A stretch of DNA of 32,000 nucleotides, from NCBI GenBank assembly GCA_963704755.1, contig OY969938.1:4680001-4712000 (forward strand), given 5' to 3'. Numbering within the stretch: the stretch's first letter is position 1; the number at the start of each line of letters is the position of its first letter. A program made the translations under genes and the position numbers. The notes under the pieces are model-generated. The model did no database searches and was not told where the DNA came from. It worked only from the letters and a program-made list of their open reading frames with translations. Of this stretch, positions 16,226-25,180 are shown piece by piece. The DNA is from an uncultured Chloroflexia bacterium. GTDB lineage: Bacteria > Chloroflexota > Anaerolineae > Anaerolineales > Anaerolineaceae.

Positions 16226-18754
16226 ATGAATGATTCGCTGAATGATGATCTGCAACGACAGCTAATGGCTTTGTTCGTCGCTGAAGCGCAGGAACACATC
16301 CAGACAATCAATCAAAACTTGCTGGCTCTGGAGGACCGGCCTGGCGAAGGAGCCTATTCTCAATTGTTGACGGATACACTGCGCGAAGCACACAGTTTGA
16401 AGGGTGCCGCCCGGGCCGTCAACCTTGCCGAAATCGAATCCATTGCGCACCAAATGGAAAGCATTTTTGTCGAGCTGCAAAACACCAAGCAGCCCATGGT
16501 TGCGGAAGGCTTCGATGTGTTGTACCAGGCATTGGATGCAATTGGGACACTGGTCAAAAAGGCCACCGGTGAAAATACCCCGGCCGTAAACGTGAATTCG
16601 CTAAGATCGAGTCTCGAAAAACTGCTGGAGGGCATCGAATCCGCGAAGGCAGCGCCTCCGGGGCGTATCTCCAACCGGCGGCCAGACGGCGACAAGGGCA
16701 GCAAACCAGCCCAGGGGTCGCAAACGGAGGAAAACGATCCCCCTTTTTCGGCCGCAACAGATAAACCGCTGAGATCCTCCACAAGCGGATCTGCCCGGGC
16801 AAAGTCCTCCCAAAAACTGCCCGATACACCGCCTCAGGAAAGCCATTCACAGGATTCTTTGCCAGTAAACCAAGCTCCACCCGGTCAAGAATCACCGCCT
16901 GTACCCGGCGAGGCCCGCCGGCAGGAAGAGACCGTGCGGCTGACCACGACCAAACTGGATACCCTGTTATCCCTGATGGGAGAGCTCCAGGTGACCCGGA
17001 TCGGTACGGGGCAAAGGTTAGTCGAATTGCTCGAGCTGCAGGAAAGCATTTCCTCCTGGGAAATCGAGTGGCGCAAGACCCGGCCGAGTTTCCGCCATAT
17101 TTTGATCACAACGGATACGAAGCTTTTTCAAAACGGCATTGCCCAGGAAGATAAATCGCGGGGAGTTGTGAACCCGGGAAGTTATCAGCCTATGCTGGAT
17201 TTCTTACAGTCTAACGAGAACCATTTACGCGCCCTGGGTGAAAAAGTTGCCGACCTGATCCAGATCTTCAAGGCCGACAGCCGGCGCATGGACCAGGTGG
17301 CGGCCGAGATGGAAGAAGAAATTCGCCAGACGCGCATGCTTCCGATTTCGACTGTGTTCAATACTTTTCCGCGCATGGTCCGCGACCTGGCCCGCGATAA
17401 AGGCAAATCGGTCGCCCTGGTGATCCAGGGCGGCGAAACGGATGTCGACCGATCCGTATTAGAGCAGATCAAAGATGCAATCCTGCACATCCTTCGCAAT
17501 TGTATTGACCACGGGATCGAGATGCCCGAGGAACGGGCCAAGGCGGGCAAGCCCAGCCAGGGGACCATCCATTTACGGGCAGCTCACCAGGGAGATAGCC
17601 TGGTCATTGAGGTCGCGGATGACGGGACCGGGATCGATTTAAGTACGCTCCGGGCTTCAGCGGTCAAGAAACGGCTGTTGACCGAGGAAGCAGCCGAAGG
17701 GTTGAGCGATCGAGATGCTTTATGGCTCATTTTCCATTCGGGCTTTTCAACCAGCCCGATCATTACCGACATTTCCGGGCGGGGCGTAGGGTTGGATATT
17801 GTCCGCGATCGGGTAGAGCATTTGCACGGCCTGATCGATGTGGAAAACGATCCGGGCAATGGCATCCGGTTTGTGATTTCGGTCCCGCTGACCGTGGCGA
17901 CCACATTGTGTTTGTTGGTCCAGGCCGGAAAACGCAGAATACCTGGGCATGACCCCCTGCATACCTTCGCGATCCCTATCAGCAATGTCGTGCGCCTGAT
18001 CCGCCTGGCGCCGGAAGATATCGGCTCGGTCGAAGGTCACCAGGCTATTCGCCTGAATGGTGAACCGGTGGCGTTGTGGCGCCTGGCGGATGTACTTGGC
18101 CTGGATTCACCTGTGGCCGATAAGAGCGATAGCATGAGGCCGGCGGTTGTGGTCGGTGTCGCAGAAAAAAGGATGGCTTTTTGGGTAGATGCGGTGATTG
18201 GTACCCAGGAAATGGTTATCAAGACCCTGCCCTGGCCCTTGATTCGCGTGCGCAACGCGGCCGGTGCTTCGATCTTGGGGAACGGGGAAGTCGTAGTGGT
18301 GCTCAACACGACAGATATGTTATCTTCGGCGGAACGCCATCAACCAGGCCTGGCAAGTGCCGTCGTTACGGCGGGGTTAAGCGAGGAGAAGGCGCCGGTG
18401 ATCATGGTTGCCGACAACTCGATCACGACCCGCACACTCGAGAAAAATATTCTGGAAGCATCCGGCTACCGGGTGTTATCTGCTGCAGACGGGTTGGACG
18501 CCTGGACGCAGATGCAGACCGAATATTGCGATCTGCTCGTCTCGGATGTGGTCATGCCACGCCTGGATGGGTTTGGCCTGACTGAAAAATTACGCACGGA
18601 TGAGCGTTATAAACAATTGCCTATAGTTTTGGTGACATCCCTGGACCGGCCCGAGGACCGTGAACGAGGTGTCCAGGCCGGTGCAGACGCCTACATTGTC
18701 AAAAGTGCTTTTGACCAGGAGAAATTGCTGGATACGATTCGCAGATTAATTTGA
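16226..18754 (+). CDS. cheA: Hybrid CheA histidine kinase (Hpt, low-complexity linker, long dimerisation region, HATPase, CheW-like, C-terminal REC)
   Basis: Hpt motif LREAHSLKGAARAV, dimerisation motif VRLTTTKLDTLLSLMGEL, N-box HILRNCIDHGIE, G-boxes DDGTGID and GRGVGLD. The REC domain has LLVSDVVMP, LVTS and IVKS. ATG 16226 has an AAGAGG RBS; the track start at 16208 is a TTG. Confidence 0.92.
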   Translation: MNDSLNDDLQRQLMALFVAEAQEHIQTINQNLLALEDRPGEGAYSQLLTDTLREAHSLKGAARAVNLAEIESIAHQMESIFVELQNTKQPMVAEGFDVLYQALDAIGTLVKKATGENTPAVNVNSLRSSLEKLLEGIESAKAAPPGRISNRRPDGDKGSKPAQGSQTEENDPPFSAATDKPLRSSTSGSARAKSSQKLPDTPPQESHSQDSLPVNQAPPGQESPPVPGEARRQEETVRLTTTKLDTLLSLMGELQVTRIGTGQRLVELLELQESISSWEIEWRKTRPSFRHILITTDTKLFQNGIAQEDKSRGVVNPGSYQPMLDFLQSNENHLRALGEKVADLIQIFKADSRRMDQVAAEMEEEIRQTRMLPISTVFNTFPRMVRDLARDKGKSVALVIQGGETDVDRSVLEQIKDAILHILRNCIDHGIEMPEERAKAGKPSQGTIHLRAAHQGDSLVIEVADDGTGIDLSTLRASAVKKRLLTEEAAEGLSDRDALWLIFHSGFSTSPIITDISGRGVGLDIVRDRVEHLHGLIDVENDPGNGIRFVISVPLTVATTLCLLVQAGKRRIPGHDPLHTFAIPISNVVRLIRLAPEDIGSVEGHQAIRLNGEPVALWRLADVLGLDSPVADKSDSMRPAVVVGVAEKRMAFWVDAVIGTQEMVIKTLPWPLIRVRNAAGASILGNGEVVVVLNTTDMLSSAERHQPGLASAVVTAGLSEEKAPVIMVADNSITTRTLEKNILEASGYRVLSAADGLDAWTQMQTEYCDLLVSDVVMPRLDGFGLTEKLRTDERYKQLPIVLVTSLDRPEDRERGVQAGADAYIVKSAFDQEKLLDTIRRLI

Positions 18755-18766
18755 CAAGGATTCAAA

Positions 18767-19810
18767 ATGATCCGAGTGCTGATTGTGGAAGATTCACCAA
18801 CTGTTAGCTTGTTGCTTAAATCGATCCTTGATTCCGATCCTGAGATTTCTGTAATCGCCACGGCTAAGGATGGAGAAGAGGGTTTGCGCAAGACCCTGTC
18901 CCTAAACCCGGATCTTGTCACTATGGATATTCACATGCCCGGGATGGATGGCTACGAAACAACCCGGCGGATCATGGCCCAGGCGCCGAAACCGATCGTT
19001 ATCGTCACCGGGAGTATCAACCAACGAGACGTCAAATCATCCTTTCAGGCGCTGGAGGCCGGGGCGCTGGCGGTGATCGAAAAACCATCCGGTCCAGGCG
19101 ATATCCACTTCAAGGAAGTGGCGAATGAGTTTGTCAGGACAGTCAAGTTGATGGCTGACGTAAAAGTCGTCGGCCGGCGGACGACAGCCAGAGTACAAAG
19201 GGCTTCCGTGCCGGTGGTTAAACCCGGCGGACAAATCGAGCTTATCGCAATTGGCGCTTCCACCGGTGGCCCGGCTGCCCTTTTTACGGTTTTGAGTGGG
19301 CTGCCGATGAACTTTCCGCTGCCGATCCTCATCGTTCAGCATATCTCGGTTGGCTTTGACGCCGGCCTGACAGAATGGCTCTCGTTGGCCACCCACCGAA
19401 ATGTGGTCCTGGGTCAAAATAATTCACCACTGGCGCCTGGCCAGATTGTGATCGCGCCGCAGGGAAAACACATGGGCGTAAATGAGGCCAGGCGGATTTT
19501 GCTAAATTCACAGACTGCTCCGATCGGCTCATTCAGGCCATCGGCGACCTACCTTTTTCAATCGGTCGCCGAAACATTTGGACCGCGTGCTGCGGGAGTG
19601 ATTTTGACCGGTATGGGCAGTGATGGAGCGGCCGGGTTAGCCGCTTTCCATCAAGCAGGTGGTTTTGTCATCGCGCAAGATGAGGCATCTTGTGTGGTAT
19701 ACGGAATGCCCGCGGCCGCCGTAGCGGCCGGGGCCGTAGATCAAATTCTTCCGTTAGAACGTATCGGGGTGGCATTGACTGCCCTACTTAAAATGGAGGA
19801 AAAGCCATAA
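18767..19810 (+). CDS. cheB: Protein-glutamate methylesterase CheB (REC plus methylesterase)
   Basis: REC domain (VLIVEDSPTV...VTMDIHMPGMDG) and a catalytic domain with GASTGGP (Ser), VQH (His) and GMGSDGA (Asp). Confidence 0.92.
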   Translation: MIRVLIVEDSPTVSLLLKSILDSDPEISVIATAKDGEEGLRKTLSLNPDLVTMDIHMPGMDGYETTRRIMAQAPKPIVIVTGSINQRDVKSSFQALEAGALAVIEKPSGPGDIHFKEVANEFVRTVKLMADVKVVGRRTTARVQRASVPVVKPGGQIELIAIGASTGGPAALFTVLSGLPMNFPLPILIVQHISVGFDAGLTEWLSLATHRNVVLGQNNSPLAPGQIVIAPQGKHMGVNEARRILLNSQTAPIGSFRPSATYLFQSVAETFGPRAAGVILTGMGSDGAAGLAAFHQAGGFVIAQDEASCVVYGMPAAAVAAGAVDQILPLERIGVALTALLKMEEKP

Positions 19811-22686
19811 TGGTTACGAGAGTTCTCGTGGTTGACGATAGTCCCACTCAATCTCTGCGCACAAAATTAACTTTGGAAACAGTCGGATATATCATTACCG
19901 AAGCAAACAACGGCAAGACTGCATTGGATATCGCTCTTCGAGAGCGGCCGGATGTCATTCTTTCAGATATCCTGATGCCCGAAATGGACGGCTTCGAATT
20001 ATGCCATTTAATCCGCACAAATCCGGACCTGCGCCAGATCCCGGTGATATTGCAAACAGCCTCTTATCGGGCCAAGGAGGACCGCGAATTTGGCCTGGAT
20101 ATTGGCGCAGATGCATTTATCCCTAAAGGCGCTTCGGCCGAGGATCTTTCCAATCTGATCGAAAATGTCATCGCCCAAAGCTGGGACCGGCAAAAAATGA
20201 TCGACGATAAAGCCGAAGAGTCCCGGCCCTTCGATGCACTGCATGCCCAAAGGATGCTTTTCCGTTTGCTCGAAGAGACGGCCAAGTTGGAGCAAGCCAA
20301 TGCCGCGATCAAAGCGGAGCGCAACCGGGCCCAAAAATACCTGGATGTGGCTTCGGTGATGATGATTGCGTTTGACCAGGAAAATAAAGTCACCATGATC
20401 AACCCGCGGGGCTGCCAGATTTTAGGCGTGGCGGCGCAAGAGGTCTTGAACATGGATTGGATCGAATCCTTTGTCCCGCTTGACCAGCAAGCCGAGGTCA
20501 GGGCGATCCACGAGCGGATTTTGCGCAATAACGATAAGGAGAGCGAATATTTCGAGTATTCGGTGCTGACCTCATCCGGTGAAGAAAGGTTGATCGCCTG
20601 GCATAATACCGTTTTGACCGACGATGAAGGTTACATTTCTGGCATTTTGAGTTCAGGCGAAGATATCACCGACCGTAAGTTCGCCGAAATAAAAATTAGA
20701 GAATCCGAGGAAAAATATCACTCCCTGTTCGAAAACGTGCCGGTAGGTGTTTACCGAGTCGCGACGGACGGCAGATTTCTGGCGGCCAACCCCGGCTTAT
20801 ACCAGATGTTGGGATATTCCTCCGAAGCGGAGCTGCAGAAAGTACCATTTTATGATCTGTTTTACGATCAACAGGATAAAAACTCCTTCGCGCAATATTT
20901 ACAGCGCGGTGTAGGCGTCCAGGATACGGAACTGCGCCTGCGGCACAAGCAAGGCCAACTGGTGATTGCCCTCGATAATGCCAAATCCGTTCGTGGGTCG
21001 CACGATGCCATTCTTTATTACGAAGGCACACTCACCGATATTTCCCGGCTCAAGCAAGCCGAAGCGGAACTGGCCGGCCTTTATCAAACCGAGCAGCAGC
21101 GGGTGAAGCGCTTATCCACTTTGCACAAGATCAGTGGGTTTTTGGCGGGCATTCACAGCCAACAAGAAGTCATGGAAATTGTGGCCGAGCAATCCCGTAA
21201 CCTGGTCAACTGCCCGGTGTGCCTGGTGCTAAAGGATGTACCGGAGAAGAAAGAGGCTTTGGTAGTAGCGCAGTCAGGTTCGCCCGAGCGAATGGCTATC
21301 GGCCGGCGTGTCCCCTTGATCCAGCCGATTTTTCGCCAGATCGTCGAAAGCGGCCAGCCCCTGTTGGTCAACGATATCGACCTCGAGACCCCGGAACTGC
21401 GCCAACTCAATCTGCTTCCCGAGGTTCGTTCTATTCAGGCCTACCCGATCGCGCAAGAAGGCCAGATCTTAGGGTTTATTGTCCAAGGCAGTTCTATTGC
21501 CCAGGCGCCGGCGGAAGGCGATGTGACCTCGATGGAGCTGTTAGCCGAACGGGCGGCTGCCGCGCTGGACAATGCACGTCTGTTCGAGGAAATCAATAGC
21601 AGCTTGCAGCGTCTGGCTTCCTTACGCTCGATTGACCAGGCGATCACCAGCAGCCTGGATATCAATTTCACGTTAGGGATTTTGCTCGACCAGGTCATTA
21701 ACCAGTTGAATGTCCATGGCGCCGATATATTGCTTTTGGACCAGGGTTCGGCCAGTTTCCGGTATGGGACCGGGCGAGGTTTCACCATTCCTGTTTCGCC
21801 GCAAGTCCTGGTGGGTGTCGGTAACAGTTACGCGGGACGGGCCGTGCTGGAACGACGCACGATCCAGGTGCTGAACCTGGCCAGCCAGGCGGTTGAATTC
21901 CAAAAACCGGCTCACTTTATCAAGGAAGGATTCGTCTCGCTGGTGTGCACACCATTGATTGCCAAAGGCCAGGTCAAAGGAGTGTTGGAGGTCTTGCATC
22001 GCGAGCCGCTCCAGCCAGTCCCGGACTGGATTTCTTTTTTGGAAACCCTGGCCGGACAGGCCGCCATTGCCATCGATAACGCCGAGCTGTTCACTAATTT
22101 GCAGCGTTCCAACGCCGATCTTTCCCTGGCTTATGACGCCACCATCCAGGGCTGGTCGGATGCGCTGGATTTACGCGACAAGGAGACCGAAGGCCATACC
22201 CAGCGGGTGACCGAATTGACTTTGAAATTGGCTGAATTGATGGGCGTAAACGATAAAGATATGGTCCATATGCGGCGCGGATGTTTATTGCACGACATCG
22301 GCAAAATGGGCATCCCGGATAATATTTTGCTCAAGCCTGGCTCATTGAGCGATGAAGAATGGGTGATTATGCGCAAACATCCCGTGTTTGCCTACGATCT
22401 GATCTCGCCCATTCTTTATTTACGCCCGGCCTTGGATATCCCGTACTGCCACCACGAGAAATGGGATGGCAGCGGCTACCCGCGTGGTTTGAAGGGTGAC
22501 CAGATTCCTTTACCGGCACGGATTTTTGCCGTCGTGGATGTTTGGGACGCTTTGACCTCCGACCGCCCTTACCGGTCGGCCTGGTCGCACGAGAAAACCC
22601 TGGCTCACATTCGGGAAGGTTCTGGCAGCCATTTCGACCCGGCGGTCGTCAGCGCTTTTATGAAGCTGATCGCGGTATACGAATAA
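19810..22686 (+). CDS. Response regulator REC-PAS-PAS-GAF-GAF-HD-GYP (predicted c-di-GMP phosphodiesterase)
   Basis: 958 aa; the ATG overlaps the cheB stop (TAATG). REC has VVDDS, LSDILMPEMDG and IPKG. Two PAS-like blocks end in DITDRK and DISRLK, and two GAF-like blocks end in DNARLFEE and DNAELFTNL. The HD-GYP domain has HTQRV, LLHDIGKMGIP and HHEKWDGSGYPRGL. Confidence 0.9.
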   Translation: MVTRVLVVDDSPTQSLRTKLTLETVGYIITEANNGKTALDIALRERPDVILSDILMPEMDGFELCHLIRTNPDLRQIPVILQTASYRAKEDREFGLDIGADAFIPKGASAEDLSNLIENVIAQSWDRQKMIDDKAEESRPFDALHAQRMLFRLLEETAKLEQANAAIKAERNRAQKYLDVASVMMIAFDQENKVTMINPRGCQILGVAAQEVLNMDWIESFVPLDQQAEVRAIHERILRNNDKESEYFEYSVLTSSGEERLIAWHNTVLTDDEGYISGILSSGEDITDRKFAEIKIRESEEKYHSLFENVPVGVYRVATDGRFLAANPGLYQMLGYSSEAELQKVPFYDLFYDQQDKNSFAQYLQRGVGVQDTELRLRHKQGQLVIALDNAKSVRGSHDAILYYEGTLTDISRLKQAEAELAGLYQTEQQRVKRLSTLHKISGFLAGIHSQQEVMEIVAEQSRNLVNCPVCLVLKDVPEKKEALVVAQSGSPERMAIGRRVPLIQPIFRQIVESGQPLLVNDIDLETPELRQLNLLPEVRSIQAYPIAQEGQILGFIVQGSSIAQAPAEGDVTSMELLAERAAAALDNARLFEEINSSLQRLASLRSIDQAITSSLDINFTLGILLDQVINQLNVHGADILLLDQGSASFRYGTGRGFTIPVSPQVLVGVGNSYAGRAVLERRTIQVLNLASQAVEFQKPAHFIKEGFVSLVCTPLIAKGQVKGVLEVLHREPLQPVPDWISFLETLAGQAAIAIDNAELFTNLQRSNADLSLAYDATIQGWSDALDLRDKETEGHTQRVTELTLKLAELMGVNDKDMVHMRRGCLLHDIGKMGIPDNILLKPGSLSDEEWVIMRKHPVFAYDLISPILYLRPALDIPYCHHEKWDGSGYPRGLKGDQIPLPARIFAVVDVWDALTSDRPYRSAWSHEKTLAHIREGSGSHFDPAVVSAFMKLIAVYE

Positions 22687-22768
22687 CCGTACCCCTCATT
22701 ATTAAAGGAAGCTGATTAGCTACAAAACATAATTATCCCAAAGTCTTAATCGGCTGGCTGGTCAACCT

Positions 22769-24802
22769 TCAATCCGCCAGTGACTGGCGGCGGAGCAGTT
22801 GCGCGTTGATCGCCACGACGATCGTACTGAGCGACATGAGCAGCGCGCCGACTGCCGGCGAGAGCAGGATACCCCAGGGTGCCAGCACGCCGGCTGCCAG
22901 GGGCAGTGCAACCAGGTTGTAGCCGGTCGCCCAGACCAAATTCTGGCGCATTTTTCGATAGCTTGCCCGGCTGAGGGTAACGATTTTGACTACGTCCAGC
23001 GGATTGCTCTTGACCAGGATAATCCCGGCCGATTCGACCGCCACGTCGGTGCCGCTGCCGATGGCAATGCCCACGTCGGCGCGGGTTAGCGCCGGTGCGT
23101 CGTTGATGCCATCCCCGACCATGGCGACCAGGTTGCCCTGTTTTTGCAGTTCGACGACTTTCTGGTCCTTGTTTTCGGGTAATACCCCGGCAAAAAACGT
23201 ATCGATTCCCAGTTCTTTGGCCACCCCTGCGGCGACGGCCTGGCTATCGCCGGTCAGCATGGCCACTTTTATGCCCATATCGTGCAGGCTGCGTACCGCC
23301 TCTTTGCTTTCCGGGCGGATCACGTCCGCCAGGGCCAGGGAGGCTTTGACCGATTCGCCCTGGACCAGGTGGATGGTGCTTTGACCTTTGGCGTTGGCCT
23401 CTTTTTCGAACTGTGCCAATGGATCAGGCAGCGAGATATTCAGCATTTCCAGAAGGCCGGGCCCGCCTACGTAAATCTTTTTCCCGTTCTGCATGGCCTG
23501 CACACCCCGGCCCTCGAGTGCCTGGAATCCATTAACCTCCGGTAAAGATAAGCCTTGCCTTTCGGCCGAGTTGCGAATCCCCTGGGCAATGGTATGCTCC
23601 GAATCGCCTTCCACCGCGGCGGTCAAGGCCAGGGCGTCCTCTTCGCTCATCCCGTCCACACTTTGCATGCCCACCAGGCCGATCCTACCTTCGGTCAAGG
23701 TGCCGGTTTTATCGAAGATGACGACGTTCAGCCCGCGGGCTTTCTCCAAGGCCAGGCGGTCGCGGATCAGGATGCCATTGTTGGCGCCCATGGCCGTTGT
23801 AATCGCTACCACCAGGGGAATGGCCAGGCCCAGCGCATGCGGGCAGGCGATGACCAGAACCGTTGCGACGCGTTCTATAACCCGGATATCGAAACCAAGG
23901 GCAATCGTCCAGGCAATGGCGGTGAGTATGGCCGCACCCAAGGCCAGATAAAACAGCCAACCGGCAGCCTTATCGGCCAGTACCTGGGTATTGCTCTTGC
24001 TGTTTTGGGCCTGTTGGACCAGACGCATAATCCCGGCCAGGGCAGAATCGTCCCCAATCGCTGATACCTTGACCCGTAAACTCCCACCCCCGTTAATCGA
24101 GCCGCCGATGACCTTTGCACCCGGGCCTTTGTCCACCGGTTTGGATTCACCGGTAATCATGGCTTCGTTAACCGGCGATTGGCCTTCACTGACCTCACCG
24201 TCCGCGGGGATACTTGCCCCCGGGCGAACCAGGACCAGGTCGCCTGAATGCAGTTCGCTGAGCGGAATCGACTGGATGCTGCCATCCGCTGTGATCCGCT
24301 CGGCCGAATCCGGCATCAGCCTGGCCAGCGCGTCCAATGCACCGGAGGCCTGGCGTACGCTGCGCATCTCGATCCAATGACCCAGCAGCATGATATCGAT
24401 CAGGGTTACCAGTTCCCAGAAGAAATCCATCCCGGAGAACAAAAAGATCGCGGCCAGGCTGTACACCAGGGCAACAGTGATGGCCAGCGAAATGAGGGTC
24501 ATCATCCCGGGCTGGCGATTCTTTAGCTCAGGAACGGCCATTCGCAAGAAAGGCAATCCACCATACCCGAAAACGACCAGCGAAAAGACCGGGCTGATCC
24601 AGGCCGAGCCAGGGAAGGACGGCAGGCTAAATCCCAGCAGATTTTGCAGCCCCTGGCTGAAGAGCAATACCGGAATGGACAAAACCAGGGATATCCAAAA
24701 CCTGTGCCGGAACATTTTTTCGTGGCCGGTGTGGTCCACGTGAGCGGCGTGCCCGCCGTGTTCGTCCGCGGGCGACATGCCTTGCATGTTGTGCTCCATC
24801 AT
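22769..24802 (-). CDS. copB: Heavy-metal (copper) P1B-type ATPase, CopB-like (CPH motif, His-rich N-terminus)
   Basis: 677 aa with an AGGAGG RBS. The His-rich N-terminus is [19 protein letters not shown]. Motifs are TGES, the TM6 motif [17 protein letters not shown] and GDGINDAP. Confidence 0.9.
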   Translation of the reverse strand: MMEHNMQGMSPADEHGGHAAHVDHTGHEKMFRHRFWISLVLSIPVLLFSQGLQNLLGFSLPSFPGSAWISPVFSLVVFGYGGLPFLRMAVPELKNRQPGMMTLISLAITVALVYSLAAIFLFSGMDFFWELVTLIDIMLLGHWIEMRSVRQASGALDALARLMPDSAERITADGSIQSIPLSELHSGDLVLVRPGASIPADGEVSEGQSPVNEAMITGESKPVDKGPGAKVIGGSINGGGSLRVKVSAIGDDSALAGIMRLVQQAQNSKSNTQVLADKAAGWLFYLALGAAILTAIAWTIALGFDIRVIERVATVLVIACPHALGLAIPLVVAITTAMGANNGILIRDRLALEKARGLNVVIFDKTGTLTEGRIGLVGMQSVDGMSEEDALALTAAVEGDSEHTIAQGIRNSAERQGLSLPEVNGFQALEGRGVQAMQNGKKIYVGGPGLLEMLNISLPDPLAQFEKEANAKGQSTIHLVQGESVKASLALADVIRPESKEAVRSLHDMGIKVAMLTGDSQAVAAGVAKELGIDTFFAGVLPENKDQKVVELQKQGNLVAMVGDGINDAPALTRADVGIAIGSGTDVAVESAGIILVKSNPLDVVKIVTLSRASYRKMRQNLVWATGYNLVALPLAAGVLAPWGILLSPAVGALLMSLSTIVVAINAQLLRRQSLAD

Positions 24803-25020
24803 TTCTGGCTCCTCCTTTGCCCCGGAAGACGCTGTGAACTGGCTGGATTCTGGTTCGATCCATGCGCTGATTCCGGCGCAGGGTTGTGTTTTTAGTTATT
24901 TCTGTTCTTGCAAATCATAACCTATTTTGATCAATTAACGAAAATTATGCCCTGGAGTGATTCTTATCCGGTTTTTACAAATTCGCAACCCAAAACCAGC
25001 CATAATGGAAATTGGTAATG

Positions 25021-25097
25021 CTCAGGCCCCTGTTAAAAAGTTCTCGAATTTTAGGTGTTTGCGGGGGCGAAGCCCCCGCAAACACCTAAAATTCGAG
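25021..25097. repeat. Palindromic hairpin element, copy 3 (26-bp perfect stem 25043-25068/25072-25097, loop gaa) plus conserved 18-nt flanking box (25021-25038)
   Basis: ctcgaattttaggtgtttgcgggggc and gcccccgcaaacacctaaaattcgag are exact reverse complements. The box ctcaggcccctgttaaaa lies 4 nt upstream, matching copy 2 in inverted orientation. Confidence 0.9.
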
Positions 25098-25180
25098 TTT
25101 CTCAGCCTCATTGCTGAGTAACTGCTGGAAAATGATATTTGTTGACCCGATATCATTACATATCTCCTTGTTACTAATTT

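Noticed and set aside
25043-25097. The long hairpins interpreted as intrinsic terminators or as CRISPR repeats
   Set aside because: As terminators, the T-tract is 5' and the A-tract 3' of the stem on both strands, and copies 2 and 3 lie between divergent gene starts, not gene ends. As CRISPR, they are single isolated copies kilobases apart with no repeat-spacer periodicity and no cas genes.
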